Source of the DNA: a virus
Lineage: Duplodnaviria; Caudoviricetes
Length of the DNA stretch: 60,989 nt
Strand: one strand, 5' to 3'
IMG/VR virus record: IMGVR_UViG_3300033153_004031
Location: 1-60,989 of that record
The notes under the pieces were generated by a model, which saw only the letters and a program-made list of their open reading frames with translations, was not told the origin of the DNA and did not search any database. Shown in pieces: positions 1 through 9,333 of the stretch (its first letter is position 1; each line of letters begins with the position of its first letter). Both the position numbers and the translations under genes were made by a program.

Positions 1-45
1 GGTATGTATCTCCCGTGAATCCGTACAGATTTTCATTCAAGCCGG
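1..45. repeat. Terminal 45-bp exact direct repeat (circular assembly overlap)
   Basis: ggtatgtatc...tcaagccgg at 1-45 is identical to 60945-60989; the portal ORF continues in frame across the join. Confidence 0.97.
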
Positions 46-1372
46 AAATCCAGCGCGTGATCTCCTTTGAGTGTTCCATCAACTGAAGCGCGGCCACGGG
101 GATCTGCGGCACATCCCGCTCTTTTATCTTTTCCAGCCCACCTTCGTTCAGGTATGTCGTATCACCCGGTGTGTGCAGGGACGATTCCCCCTGTTTCTCG
201 TCAACAAACGCGCCTTCTTCGACAAACACACCCGGTTGTACCTGCTTGTTCAATAGGTTGATATACTGGCTCCACCGCTTGTTCAGTTCTTTTTGCGGAT
301 CTTTGAGCGGACGGACAACCCCATAGTGCATCGGCGTCTTCTTGCTGGAATCGGCAAACGCAAGGCACGGCACCAACGAGAACCCGTCATACGGGATGGG
401 AGAATCATCGTCATAGATGATTTTATCCCCCAAAAATTGTAACCACTTCACCTTCTTGTCGGTAACGGTGTCGTATGTAAACGGCACGCCATATAGTACC
501 GGGTACAGTTTTTCGAACGACTTTATCTCCGACTTGTCAAACTCGACAAACTTCCCGTCCTCCGGCGAGTACCGATAATACCGCTTGAAGTTCTGCCAGT
601 ACTCCATGTGGATGACGCGCACTTGGTGCTTACGCGCATCGTAAAAGTTCATGTCAATCGGTTCTGTGTAATCCTCAAGAACCTCCTTGGCATCCGGCAG
701 AATGTCGTACTGCCCGGTCGTATCGTTTGACGGCTCGTCAAGGAACGGCTTGAGCATCTTTCCTAACTGCATAACGTTTTCAACATGCTTGGCATGCTCT
801 GGGTAGCGCACCTTGAAGTCTTCTATCCGTACCCACTTGGGCCACACGATGTACGACGCATCAGACAAATCCTTGTTTCGGGCCGCCGGGTCAACCTTTA
901 CCTCAAGGGAAGACGCATTGCCGATGTCAAAGTGGATAAAACCTGGTCGCCTCGGGTCTGGATAATAATCCACATATGTCCATCCCCGCCCGCATATCGT
1001 GGCCGATTCCTGCGTGACATCACAAATTGTGATAACATCATTATCCTCGTACACAACAGAAGCAACCTTGTCCAAGACCTCGCACTGCGGGCCGTCGCTC
1101 GGCTCCACGGGCACAGGGAAGAACCGCACCCGGTAATCGTCGTACATCCCCTGCACCAACTCAACCGTTGGGCGCAAGATGTTCATCGTCAGGGCCGCTC
1201 TATTGTCCCTCTCAAGTAACCGCTTCTCCTCGGTAGTCCACTGCCCCCAACCGTCACGAAAACCAAAGTCGTCCTTGGCCTCACGAACAAACTTCGAGTC
1301 AGCGCTCACCGCATCGTTCAGCGCCTTTCTCGCCTCCTTGAGAAGTCCAGACTTGCTAAGCCCTTCAAACAT
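1..1372 (-). CDS. Portal protein, P22-like, N-terminal part (continues at 60944-60307; ~669 aa total)
   Basis: ATG at 1372 (MFEGLSKSGLLKEARKAL...GWGQWTTEEKRLL...ALTMNILRPTVELVQG...DPQKELNKRWSQ); frame joins ORF 60307-60984; absent from ORF track because its stop lies across the junction; lies downstream of TerL. Confidence 0.88.
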   Translation of the reverse strand, partial: MFEGLSKSGLLKEARKALNDAVSADSKFVREAKDDFGFRDGWGQWTTEEKRLLERDNRAALTMNILRPTVELVQGMYDDYRVRFFPVPVEPSDGPQCEVLDKVASVVYEDNDVITICDVTQESATICGRGWTYVDYYPDPRRPGFIHFDIGNASSLEVKVDPAARNKDLSDASYIVWPKWVRIEDFKVRYPEHAKHVENVMQLGKMLKPFLDEPSNDTTGQYDILPDAKEVLEDYTEPIDMNFYDARKHQVRVIHMEYWQNFKRYYRYSPEDGKFVEFDKSEIKSFEKLYPVLYGVPFTYDTVTDKKVKWLQFLGDKIIYDDDSPIPYDGFSLVPCLAFADSSKKTPMHYGVVRPLKDPQKELNKRWSQYINLLNKQVQPGVFVEEGAFVDEKQGESSLHTPGDTTYLNEGGLEKIKERDVPQIPVAALQLMEHSKEITRWISGLNENLYGFTGDTY

Positions 1373-1377
1373 TTAGT

Positions 1378-1935
1378 TTACTCCAATACGGGTAACGCCG
1401 CTTCGGGATTCTGTATATCTTCCTTGCGGATATATTTGCTTTTCCATTTACAGGTTTGACATTGGTAGCAATATACCTTGGCCTTACCTGTCGATACGTA
1501 CCGAATCTCGTACACGGGCGAATCGCAACATTTCTTTTCGACCTTGATCTCCGACGTGGGCTCTCCCCCAATCAATCGGCTCCCGTGCGGACAAATCAAG
1601 GCGATGTTTTCGCGCACCATGAGTTTTTTACCCACCTTGATAACAGGAACGGTGGTCAACAAGTTCTTCGTCTCGGTCATGATTTTAAACTCGTGCGCCG
1701 TCAAAGCTACCCGTGTCTCGTCATAAAATATGACAACGTACTCGGACTTTTCCCAGTCATTCTCGACACCCTTCGGGTGAACCCATGTAATATTCCGGTA
1801 AAACACATGGCTCCCATCGGCCAGCGGCGCAAACACCATGTTCCCCAAACGGCGAATCCGGTGTTCAAGCCTCTCGTAGTCCTTCTGCTCAATTATCGCA
1901 CGCCGCCCACCTAAAAAATTTACAACGTATTCCAT
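1378..1935 (-). CDS. Hypothetical protein with C-terminal Cys cluster, between TerL and portal
   Basis: 185-aa ORF with G-rich RBS; CCDSP...CYQCQTC. Confidence 0.7.
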   Translation of the reverse strand: MEYVVNFLGGRRAIIEQKDYERLEHRIRRLGNMVFAPLADGSHVFYRNITWVHPKGVENDWEKSEYVVIFYDETRVALTAHEFKIMTETKNLLTTVPVIKVGKKLMVRENIALICPHGSRLIGGEPTSEIKVEKKCCDSPVYEIRYVSTGKAKVYCYQCQTCKWKSKYIRKEDIQNPEAALPVLE

Positions 1936-1953
1936 GTTATTCCCTCATCCTTT

Positions 1954-3621
1954 CTACGCCGTAACCCAACTACGGCCCGGTTTATCACGCTCAACCCACC
2001 AGCGTTTCAATGATTTAATCGCGCTCACCGCGCTGATCTTCTGTGTCGCCAGGTAGCAGTACGTCAGCGCATGGCGATAGTGGTCTGCCGTAGACCCCAC
2101 CTTCTTGTATCTATAAATCTTCGTCTGGGTTAGCTCGTCCACCTTCCCCTCTTTTGCAACATTCGTCAATTGACTGGCAAATATCTCGATCTCCCGGCTC
2201 CTTCGCGGAAGAACAAGCCTTCCCCCCTCCGTCACAAGTGCATGACTGGCATCCAATAACTCCGTCCGATGTCCGCTTATCTCCTTTATATTGTCGTCCC
2301 ATATTGTTGGTGGCGCTCCCCTTCCGTCCCGATATCTGCACAACCAGACCGGATACGATTCTGATTTCTGAAAATCCCTCACACGGTGCGTCTCTGGATC
2401 TCTATCAATCACCATACACCGGCAGTGAAAAGCCTTGGCAAGATCGTGGAGGTCGTTAAAAGTCTCCAATCGTGCCACCTTTATGACCTCCATCGATTTT
2501 TTACTGCGCTTCAGAGCCACCACGCAGTGCAGCTCCTTTCCCACATCAACCCCGATGGCGGTTGGGCCATCATGCGCCATCCGCATGGCGTCCTTGCCGC
2601 AACACTCATACACGTCTGCGACGGATAGCCGGTTCTCTGCGTCAATGTACGCCATGCCCAGTTTGGAGTTCATCACTTCGGCTAAATTACCGTTGGGCGG
2701 GTCAATGTACATCCGAAGTATTTTGCCGGGGTCTACGTAATCGCTGGTAAGTTGACTATTCCAATAACCCACAATCCCATCAGCGGCCTCGGCCCTGGCC
2801 GGATACCGAGCAACCCATCGGCCATCTTTGGGATATATTTCCTTCTTGCAATGTCGGCACACGCGCCTCCCCGACCCGTCCGGCATTAGCTCAATGCAAT
2901 CGGGGAACTCAAGCTCCAAACAAGTCTCCCGCTTACACGCGTGACACAGAATCATCCACACGCGCTGGTCGCTCTTCTCGTATAACGCGTCAATCCCGTA
3001 GTCCGGTATGGTCGGCGTGGACAGGTAAACCTCTTCCTGTATCTTGCTGTGGCTCATCCGTTCAAGAGCCAATTGAATCATTGACTCCGACATTTCTTCA
3101 CACTCGTCAAAAACCACCTTGTCCACAGGAATAGACTTGAGTTTACTGGAACTCTCCTTCACGCCGCCAATCTTCGCCGTACTCCTAGCCCCCCGCAAGA
3201 ACAGGTACGCCCCACCAATCTTCTTCACAGCCGTGCTGTCCGTATCTTTTACATTCGCCCGCAACACGGGGTTGCCGGCAATGAGTGGGTTAAATCGGCT
3301 TTTGGAAAAGTCGCTCACATCATCTCCGGTCGGGAACAGGTACAGCACCCCCGTTGGATACTTCTTGAAAATCATCCCGTGAAGCGTGCGGAGCACTTCC
3401 TTCTCGGTGTAGCCCAACTGCGCCCCCTTCTTGTGGCACACCCTACGGTGGTTAGCGTCCAGCATCTCCGCTTGGTAGTAATGACCTTCCAGTGTGAACG
3501 GCAAACCCTCCCGCAACTGAATCTTGTTCTGTATCACCCAGTAAAGTGGGCTGGCCGCCATCATCAACGCCGCCGTCTGCGCTTCGTTTGGAATCTTTAT
3601 GTCCGGCTTAGCCTTCGGCAT
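1954..3621 (-). CDS. terL: Terminase large subunit, GpA (lambda-like) family
   Basis: KGAQLGYTE Walker A-like, VVFDECE Walker B, STPT motif, CHAC...CRHC zinc finger, GVDVG nuclease motif. Confidence 0.92.
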   Translation of the reverse strand: MPKAKPDIKIPNEAQTAALMMAASPLYWVIQNKIQLREGLPFTLEGHYYQAEMLDANHRRVCHKKGAQLGYTEKEVLRTLHGMIFKKYPTGVLYLFPTGDDVSDFSKSRFNPLIAGNPVLRANVKDTDSTAVKKIGGAYLFLRGARSTAKIGGVKESSSKLKSIPVDKVVFDECEEMSESMIQLALERMSHSKIQEEVYLSTPTIPDYGIDALYEKSDQRVWMILCHACKRETCLELEFPDCIELMPDGSGRRVCRHCKKEIYPKDGRWVARYPARAEAADGIVGYWNSQLTSDYVDPGKILRMYIDPPNGNLAEVMNSKLGMAYIDAENRLSVADVYECCGKDAMRMAHDGPTAIGVDVGKELHCVVALKRSKKSMEVIKVARLETFNDLHDLAKAFHCRCMVIDRDPETHRVRDFQKSESYPVWLCRYRDGRGAPPTIWDDNIKEISGHRTELLDASHALVTEGGRLVLPRRSREIEIFASQLTNVAKEGKVDELTQTKIYRYKKVGSTADHYRHALTYCYLATQKISAVSAIKSLKRWWVERDKPGRSWVTA

Positions 3622-3627
3622 TTCCTG

Positions 3628-3837
3628 TTATAAAGTACATCTCAGCTTTGTTTTCAGGGCTTCGTAATCGGCGTCGCGCTCCTGCTTGGTATCAAAAGCG
3701 TGATAAAAATCCCCACCGATACACTCAAAAAAGATAACAGGCTTGCTGTCTTCCTGCCCTCCCATGCTACTCCACCCCTTATAGAACCTAACCACATTAC
3801 CCGTATTCACAACCCCAGCCTTAGTTTCCATCCACAT
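3628..3837 (-). CDS. Hypothetical protein
   Basis: 69-aa ORF with GGGGAG RBS, co-directional with terL. Confidence 0.6.
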   Translation of the reverse strand: MWMETKAGVVNTGNVVRFYKGWSSMGGQEDSKPVIFFECIGGDFYHAFDTKQERDADYEALKTKLRCTL

Positions 3838-4074
3838 GGCTCCCCCTTAGATAGCAACCTCAAAAAAAATGGAATGGCGACCCGTTACATCAACCTCACC
3901 CACATCGTTTATGTGGACATCCACATTAATGCAACCATCAACAGCCTCAATCCCGCCATTCTTTAAGCCAACCTTCACTTCCCTTACAACCTTCTCGATA
4001 TACTCCCACAATTTCATTTCCCCGGTCCTTTCTTTGTTTTGTGTTTTAAGACACCCCGTTAATCCATGGGTTTA

Positions 4075-4320
4075 CTAAAAAACCTTCGCGTTTAGGTATG
4101 AAGCGTTTCTCTCATAATTACTCCCCATCTTTTTCATTTCCCGGTATACCCGGTCAAAAGACCCTGGCCGATACATAGACTGCATCGCACGGATCATCCT
4201 ACGCCTTCTACCGTCGCTCCCGATCACCTCCCCCATATGATACAACGCGTGCGGTTCCTCTACAGTTCGACACAACTGTAAAGCTTTTTTCCGCAACCGC
4301 TTCGCCCTCTTGCCGTTCAC
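4075..4320 (-). CDS. Small basic phage protein
   Basis: MNGKRAKRLRK N-terminus of a type common in phage small proteins; GTGA overlap with upstream gene. Confidence 0.65.
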   Translation of the reverse strand: MNGKRAKRLRKKALQLCRTVEEPHALYHMGEVIGSDGRRRRMIRAMQSMYRPGSFDRVYREMKKMGSNYERNASYLNAKVF

Positions 4321-4607
4321 CTACTCAAAACCCGTCGCGTTTTAATCGACAACTCAAAAACTGGGACTACCTGGGCGCATAAATGGTACTCATCAAAAAC
4401 TGGTTTCAAGTGGCTTACTCTAACCGCATCTGTGAAATTAAACAATATCGCTTCTTGAAGGTCGTGTGTAACTTTGTCGGTGTTACAATCACTGTTTGAG
4501 GAAGTACAACAATCCTTTAAAAAGTAATCTACACCCCTATAGCCGGGTACATTCCGATAAAGGATAGTATAGTGCTGGGTTTGTTCCATGTCTCTTATAC
4601 CCCCCAT
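4317..4607 (-). CDS. Hypothetical protein
   Basis: 96-aa ORF in tightly packed minus-strand run. Confidence 0.55.
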   Translation of the reverse strand: MGGIRDMEQTQHYTILYRNVPGYRGVDYFLKDCCTSSNSDCNTDKVTHDLQEAILFNFTDAVRVSHLKPVFDEYHLCAQVVPVFELSIKTRRVLSR

Positions 4608-4656
4608 TTATTTAATTGTTTCAATCATCCCTAATATCCCCGGATTCCCACAGGAA

Positions 4657-5067
4657 TCACTTACCCCCCAACGCTTCGCGCAACCCCCTCGGAGCCAAAG
4701 CCTGGTGCAACCGCGCACGCTTCAAGAACTCGATGTCCGCATCGGAACTGCCCACAGAGGGGTTTAAAATCTGCTTGTGTATTCCCCACGCGCGGCCCTC
4801 AATAGGTCCGGGCGGGATACCAGGCTCCATGGGAACCCGTGGGCTGCGCCGAGGAGGATTATTCGGTTTTTCGGGGTCTCTGTACCGAAATTGCTTCGGC
4901 TCCCGCTCGTCCATTCTGTGCCAATAATCCGAATACGCGCTCGGTATCCGCATTAAAGGCTCCCCACGGCCAAAACGCTCCATCGCACGGGCATAATTAG
5001 CCCATAGGCTCGGGTCCAAACCCAACCGCGCCATGTACTCGCCTATGTAATTCGCCAACTCATTCAT
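4657..5067 (-). CDS. Hypothetical protein
   Basis: 136-aa ORF with Pro-rich middle. Confidence 0.6.
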   Translation of the reverse strand: MNELANYIGEYMARLGLDPSLWANYARAMERFGRGEPLMRIPSAYSDYWHRMDEREPKQFRYRDPEKPNNPPRRSPRVPMEPGIPPGPIEGRAWGIHKQILNPSVGSSDADIEFLKRARLHQALAPRGLREALGGK

Positions 5068-5425
5068 TTTCCCATCCTAATCACTCTTTTTTGCCCCGCC
5101 GCCGGCATTATCCTCTTTTGTAACCCACGAACATCAAGGTCTCTCATCCACCCTCTCCCTCAAACTTATTTTCAAGCAGGTTTGTACAACACCACCAACC
5201 TGCCAACATCCCCAGAAAACGGGGTCAGCCGCTCCCTAACCCGCCAACCCCAAACGCAGCCTAAGACCCCGTGTCCCATATACCCATAACCACCATTGTA
5301 TTTATATACCCCATATACCCAATATATCGACTCTATATATCATCTAGTACCCAGTATTATATATACTCGATATATAGAGCACTAGAGCTATTGTATTGGA
5401 TATACATAGTAGTGTATATTGTATA

Positions 5426-5689
5426 TTAGCCTGTAGTATGTGTGCTTATAGTGGCGGCCATACCCCCCAAACACCGGAACTGATTACACACATCAAAAAC
5501 GCTCCGCTCAGTTAATATCTGCACACCCTCAATAAACACCGCCCTCGATAATGTGTCTCTCTCGGGTACATCCCCATAAGCCTCACGAACACACTCAAGC
5601 ATCTCCTCGAATGGCATAAAGGCAACCACGGGCTTACCGTGCTCACTAGAGTACCCTTTTAATCTATTGCGAAATTCCTGTAACTTCAT
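5426..5689 (-). CDS. Hypothetical protein flanked by TA-rich tracts
   Basis: 87-aa ORF of protein-like composition. Confidence 0.55.
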   Translation of the reverse strand: MKLQEFRNRLKGYSSEHGKPVVAFMPFEEMLECVREAYGDVPERDTLSRAVFIEGVQILTERSVFDVCNQFRCLGGMAATISTHTTG

Positions 5690-5930
5690 TATCCCACTAT
5701 AGTTTATTTCGTGTTATATGTATGTGTAGAGACTGTATATTATATATATATACTAGTATCTATATAACAAAGCACCCCCCTACCTATACCTATACCCCAA
5801 TAATAGATTCCTTACCCCCGGGGGAGGGGGGCAGCCCATACCCTATCCTATCCATGCGCCCGGATGCGCTCGTGGGGTTGCCCGTGTGTCTTGCGGTGAC
5901 CGATAATATATCTTATGTTTCCCTCCGCCC

Positions 5931-5959
5931 TTGACAACTATGAAAACACTGTGTAAACT
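5931..5959 (+). promoter_or_regulatory. Sigma-70 promoter for the HNH gene
   Basis: TTGACA-N17-TAAACT, followed by AAGGAGG RBS and ATG at 5994. Confidence 0.75.
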
Positions 5960-5993
5960 ATGGCCAATATAAACCCATAACGAAGGAGGATTT

Positions 5994-6509
5994 ATGGCAC
6001 CGCATCTCACACCTAAACAGGAAGTTGACATAGTGCGCGCGTACACAATTGATCTCGTGCCCGCCCAAACCATAGCCGAGCAGTACGGGAGGACACGGCA
6101 AGCCATCTATAAACTACTCCATCGTCACGGCATCGAACCCTCAAACTATAGCACAATTGCCGTGTCTTGCCAAGCTTGTGGCAAAGAGGTTGATCGCCCC
6201 CGCTGCCGGCTACGACGAGCGAAGCGGATTTTCTGTGGTATCGATTGCTATTTCGCGTGGCTCGAAGCGCACCAAGACGGAACGTACCACCACAACAGAC
6301 ACGGGATGAGGATTGCCCGGAACGTCGTCTCGCGCCATTTTGACCTGCAACCTGGGCACGTTGTCCATCATAAAGATCGGGACACATTAAACAATCATCC
6401 TAACAACTTAATGGTTTTTGCAAACCAAGGAGACCACGTCCGATGGCACCGTGGGCAACCTGGTAACATCTACGGCGTTTCTCCACTTTGGGATGGCGCA
6501 TCTATTTGA
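5994..6509 (+). CDS. HNH endonuclease with N-terminal HTH and Zn-finger (homing-type)
   Basis: VVHHKDRDTLNNHPNNLMVF...HVRWH HNH motif; CQAC...FCGIDC; HTH-like AQTIAEQYGRTRQAIYKLL; antisense to neighbours. Confidence 0.88.
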   Translation: MAPHLTPKQEVDIVRAYTIDLVPAQTIAEQYGRTRQAIYKLLHRHGIEPSNYSTIAVSCQACGKEVDRPRCRLRRAKRIFCGIDCYFAWLEAHQDGTYHHNRHGMRIARNVVSRHFDLQPGHVVHHKDRDTLNNHPNNLMVFANQGDHVRWHRGQPGNIYGVSPLWDGASI

Positions 6510-6976
6510 TCCACCGTATCACTCCCGGACGGATCACGGGGGAGAATCTGCCTGTGAAACGCAGCGATTGCGTCTTGGATAACCTGCCTCGCCTCGGGGC
6601 CCAAGTCTTCAATTACACTAACATTAGCGGTTGATTGGCCGCTGATTAACCGGCGCTTGTCCAGGAGCATTGACCAGGTTGCAGCGCGGTGTTTATCGGA
6701 CAATGGCTGATTCCCGGTGATAGCACTTAAAACAGAAACTTCTTTATGTAGTATAAAGGGAACTTCGTTATTCTGGTATTGTTTAACAGCCTCAATATAG
6801 TCTCTATGGGGTTGTAAACGTCGGACAATATTGGAATGATCGCACTCAACGAGTTTAGCGATCTCTCTAGTGCTCAGCCCTTGGATTGCCAGGGCGACGA
6901 TCCGCTCAATGGAAATATCCTTAACTGCCGTTACTGGCACTGGTGGTGATGCAGTGGTGGTCAATTTGGTTTGCAT
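6470..6976 (-). CDS. Putative terminase small subunit (HTH protein)
   Basis: GLSTREIAKLVECDHSNIVRRL HTH; LLDKRRLISGQSTAN C-terminal segment; upstream of terL on same strand. Confidence 0.65.
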   Translation of the reverse strand: MQTKLTTTASPPVPVTAVKDISIERIVALAIQGLSTREIAKLVECDHSNIVRRLQPHRDYIEAVKQYQNNEVPFILHKEVSVLSAITGNQPLSDKHRAATWSMLLDKRRLISGQSTANVSVIEDLGPEARQVIQDAIAAFHRQILPRDPSGSDTVDQIDAPSQSGETP

Positions 6977-7205
6977 TGGCCGCTCTTTTGTCTCCGTTGC
7001 CGCCTATCTATTTCGTCACACAACCGATCATACTCACTTGGATCAGACCGGGTATGTTTTGGTTTTGGGTTATCAGGCTCCGGCTCATTATCGGGATCAT
7101 ACCAACCAGCCCAGAACTGCCGCCCGTTGCGCCGGAAGTATTCATCAATGGGCATTACCAATATCAAATATCCTATAAACTCATATTATTCCCCCTATAC
7201 AGGAT

Positions 7206-7235
7206 ATTGTAATCATATTATCGATCAAATATCAA
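7206..7235 (-). promoter_or_regulatory. Candidate leftward sigma-70 promoter toward terS/late genes
   Basis: Minus strand TTGATA-N18-TACAAT with upstream A-tract. Confidence 0.45.
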
Positions 7236-7263
7236 GCGTTTTTTTATTTTGCTCGCCGGAGTG

Positions 7264-7383
7264 GTTTCCATTTGGAAATATGCCGTTTCCATTTGGAAAC
7301 CGTCAATGATGTCGGGGGCTTACTTTGTGTTATGATATGGAGTTATATGTTTGTTATATGTTGTCGGGTTTCCACTTGGAAAC
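7264..7383. promoter_or_regulatory. Three palindromic sites GTTTCCA-N2-TGGAAA(C), candidate upstream activator sequences
   Basis: Copies at 7264-7278, 7285-7300 and 7368-7383. Confidence 0.8.
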
Positions 7384-7428
7384 ACTGGATGGGGGGAATA
7401 TCGGATTGACATCTATTTCGGATTGCGC

Positions 7429-7441
7429 TAACCATTTGATA
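7429..7441 (-). promoter_or_regulatory. IHF binding site
   Basis: Minus strand TATCAA-ATGG-TTA matches WATCAANNNNTTR; lies between palindromes and sigma-54 box. Confidence 0.65.
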
Positions 7442-7481
7442 TCGCGTGATATGTTATGTTTTCCATTTTGTTTCCCAAAAG

Positions 7482-7497
7482 TGGCACGCGTGTTGCA
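7482..7497 (+). promoter_or_regulatory. Sigma-54 (-24/-12) promoter of the early operon
   Basis: TGGCACG-CGTG-TTGCA matches TGGCACG-N4-TTGCW with GG-N10-GC spacing, ~46 bp upstream of the first plus-strand ORF. Confidence 0.85.
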
Positions 7498-7543
7498 TGA
7501 AAAATATGTGGAGTGTTTAACTGACCAACCAAGGGGGTGAAAA

Positions 7544-7684
7544 ATGAATTTCAATTTTTGGAGTCCGAGGATTTTATGGAAACTCGCATGGCGCGCCGCC
7601 CGCAGTGGCTACGGTGTGCCATATTTTCAGAGACACCCGAAATTTTACTGGATATATAAATTAGCGAAGGAGGTGCAAAAATGA
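7544..7684 (+). CDS. Small aromatic/basic protein (46 aa), first early gene
   Basis: AAGGGGGTG RBS; MNFNFWSPRILWKLAWRAARSGYG...; TGA overlaps next ATG (ATGA); below ORF-track cutoff. Confidence 0.65.
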   Translation: MNFNFWSPRILWKLAWRAARSGYGVPYFQRHPKFYWIYKLAKEVQK

Positions 7685-8193
7685 AAATCAATCCCCATAG
7701 CGAAACAAACCAACGGATTTGTGGGCGACTTGTTGAGGGGGAGGTTATTTATTGCATATCTCAACTAGTCTATGAGCTGGCGCAAAAAGCCGAACACTTC
7801 CGAGACTGGGAGGATGACCTTTACGGAGCCTTTGAAGGAAATCCCAATTACGAAGAAGCAGCGTTTCAGGCTGGGTGGAACCGTCAAAATGACGGTGTTT
7901 TTATCAACGGCGATCAGAAAAACGACACCGCCGAAGACTGGCAAGAACTTTGCGAAGATGAGGGAATTGACGCTAACGACTACCGCCCGGACGTTTATGA
8001 ACACTGGCTTGTTTCAAATTGGTTAGCCGGGAAGTTGGAAAACCACGGCGAGAAGGTAATCCGTGACTTTTTCGGTTTTAACGCTGTATGGTGTCGGACT
8101 ACCACTGGCCAAATGATCTCTATGGACTCAGTAATTTGGAAGATTGCTGAAGAGATGGAAATCCTAGAAGGTCAAAAAAACTCTTGGGCTTAA
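7681..8193 (+). CDS. Acidic early phage protein of unknown function
   Basis: AAGGAGGT RBS; EHWLVSNWLAGKL...WCRTTTGQ motif of a type seen in phage early genes. Confidence 0.8.
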   Translation: MKINPHSETNQRICGRLVEGEVIYCISQLVYELAQKAEHFRDWEDDLYGAFEGNPNYEEAAFQAGWNRQNDGVFINGDQKNDTAEDWQELCEDEGIDANDYRPDVYEHWLVSNWLAGKLENHGEKVIRDFFGFNAVWCRTTTGQMISMDSVIWKIAEEMEILEGQKNSWA

Positions 8194-8235
8194 CTCTTGA
8201 AAAAACCGCTCAATTATCCAAGAGGAGGTGACACC

Positions 8236-8601
8236 ATGACACACACACCAGGACCGTGGCGAATTGACGACGTACAGGTTGAAGATTGGAGGGTTAATAT
8301 ATCGAGCCCCGAGTCAAATATTGCCTGCGCCTATCACCAAACAGATGACCCATCTAATGCGGACGATGAGTGTTTGGCCAACGCCCGCCTTATTGCCGCC
8401 GCGCCGGAGCTGTACGCCGCATTAGTGGAGTGTCTCACAATGAACGACAAGGGAGGCAACACTCGTGAAGACTTTGACCGATGGGAGCGCAAAGCCCGCG
8501 CCGCTATTGCCAAGGCGGAGGGGCGAAACGACAACCAAGGGGGTTTATTATGTCTGAAATTAAATGCGCTAAATGCGGACACAAAAATTAATAGGGGGTG
8601 A
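8236..8601 (+). CDS. HTPGPW...NARLIAAAPEL family phage protein
   Basis: MTHTPGPWRI and ANARLIAAAPELY signatures; GGAGGT RBS favours start at 8236. Confidence 0.8.
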   Translation: MTHTPGPWRIDDVQVEDWRVNISSPESNIACAYHQTDDPSNADDECLANARLIAAAPELYAALVECLTMNDKGGNTREDFDRWERKARAAIAKAEGRNDNQGGLLCLKLNALNADTKINRG

Positions 8602-8605
8602 TATT

Positions 8606-9067
8606 ATGAAAGATCCAAAAAAAACTAGAGTTCAAAGATACTTGCGGGCGGATGATGAATGCCCTTGGTGCGGGAGCGACTTAATTATAAATGATAGTCA
8701 CCCCACGGTAGAAGTGGGTTTTGCGTGGAATGATTGTTCCTGTAAAACCTGTAACGCGGAGTGGCGGGATGAATACCGACTTTTTGCTATTTCCTGGCTT
8801 ACAGAAGATGGCAGAGATAGACGGTATAGCGACAAAAACCTACACATTAAGACAGGTGACGCTATGAATATCAACACGCTTAAAAATATCCACAAAAATC
8901 TTATTAATGGTAACCTTCGGGAAATGGCGGATGGTATCGATGGTTACGGTTTGTATGATTTCTGGGCGGATTATAACCAGTTTTTGACAGACCTTTGTAA
9001 CGAGGAGTCAGCATATCGTTATTTCGTTGACGCGGTGCGCGCCTATCATCGAATCCGATATAGATAA
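8606..9067 (+). CDS. Zn-ribbon protein, possibly two fused genes
   Basis: CPWCGS...CKTC; internal AGGTG...ATG before MNINTLKN. Confidence 0.65.
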   Translation: MKDPKKTRVQRYLRADDECPWCGSDLIINDSHPTVEVGFAWNDCSCKTCNAEWRDEYRLFAISWLTEDGRDRRYSDKNLHIKTGDAMNINTLKNIHKNLINGNLREMADGIDGYGLYDFWADYNQFLTDLCNEESAYRYFVDAVRAYHRIRYR

Positions 9068-9180
9068 ACACATGGCATAATTTTGATATGATTAAAGAAA
9101 AGAGGACGTAATAAAAAACGTATTTTTTTCTTGACAAGTGGTTTTATTTTCTATATGGAGATCGCAAAGGAATATAACCG

Positions 9181-9330
9181 ATGAAATGGATACTCTCAAT
9201 TTGTTTTGTAAGTGGCATTGTTTTGGCAGGTTCTGACGGTGCCTGGTTCCCGTGGATTAACCTATTAGGTGTAATCCTAATAAGTTTAGTCGGGATTGTT
9301 ACCAACATTAAAACCCCATCGGAGTATTAG
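9181..9330 (+). CDS. Small membrane protein (49 aa)
   Basis: MKWILSICFVSGIVLAGSDGAWFPWINLLGVILISLVGIV..., two hydrophobic segments. Confidence 0.6.
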   Translation: MKWILSICFVSGIVLAGSDGAWFPWINLLGVILISLVGIVTNIKTPSEY

Positions 9331-9333
9331 GAA

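Noticed and set aside
1-45. 45-bp terminal repeat as a biological direct terminal repeat
   Set aside because: It falls inside the portal coding frame and has the short exact form of an assembler overlap; it indicates circular completeness only.
9072-9090. Second sigma-54 promoter (TGGCATAATTTTGAT)
   Set aside because: Spacing is one base short and the -12 GC is replaced by GA.
7000-9330. Lysogeny module at the divergent junction
   Set aside because: No recombinase catalytic motifs or CI-like HTH-peptidase recognised here or elsewhere; a divergent one could have been missed by eye.
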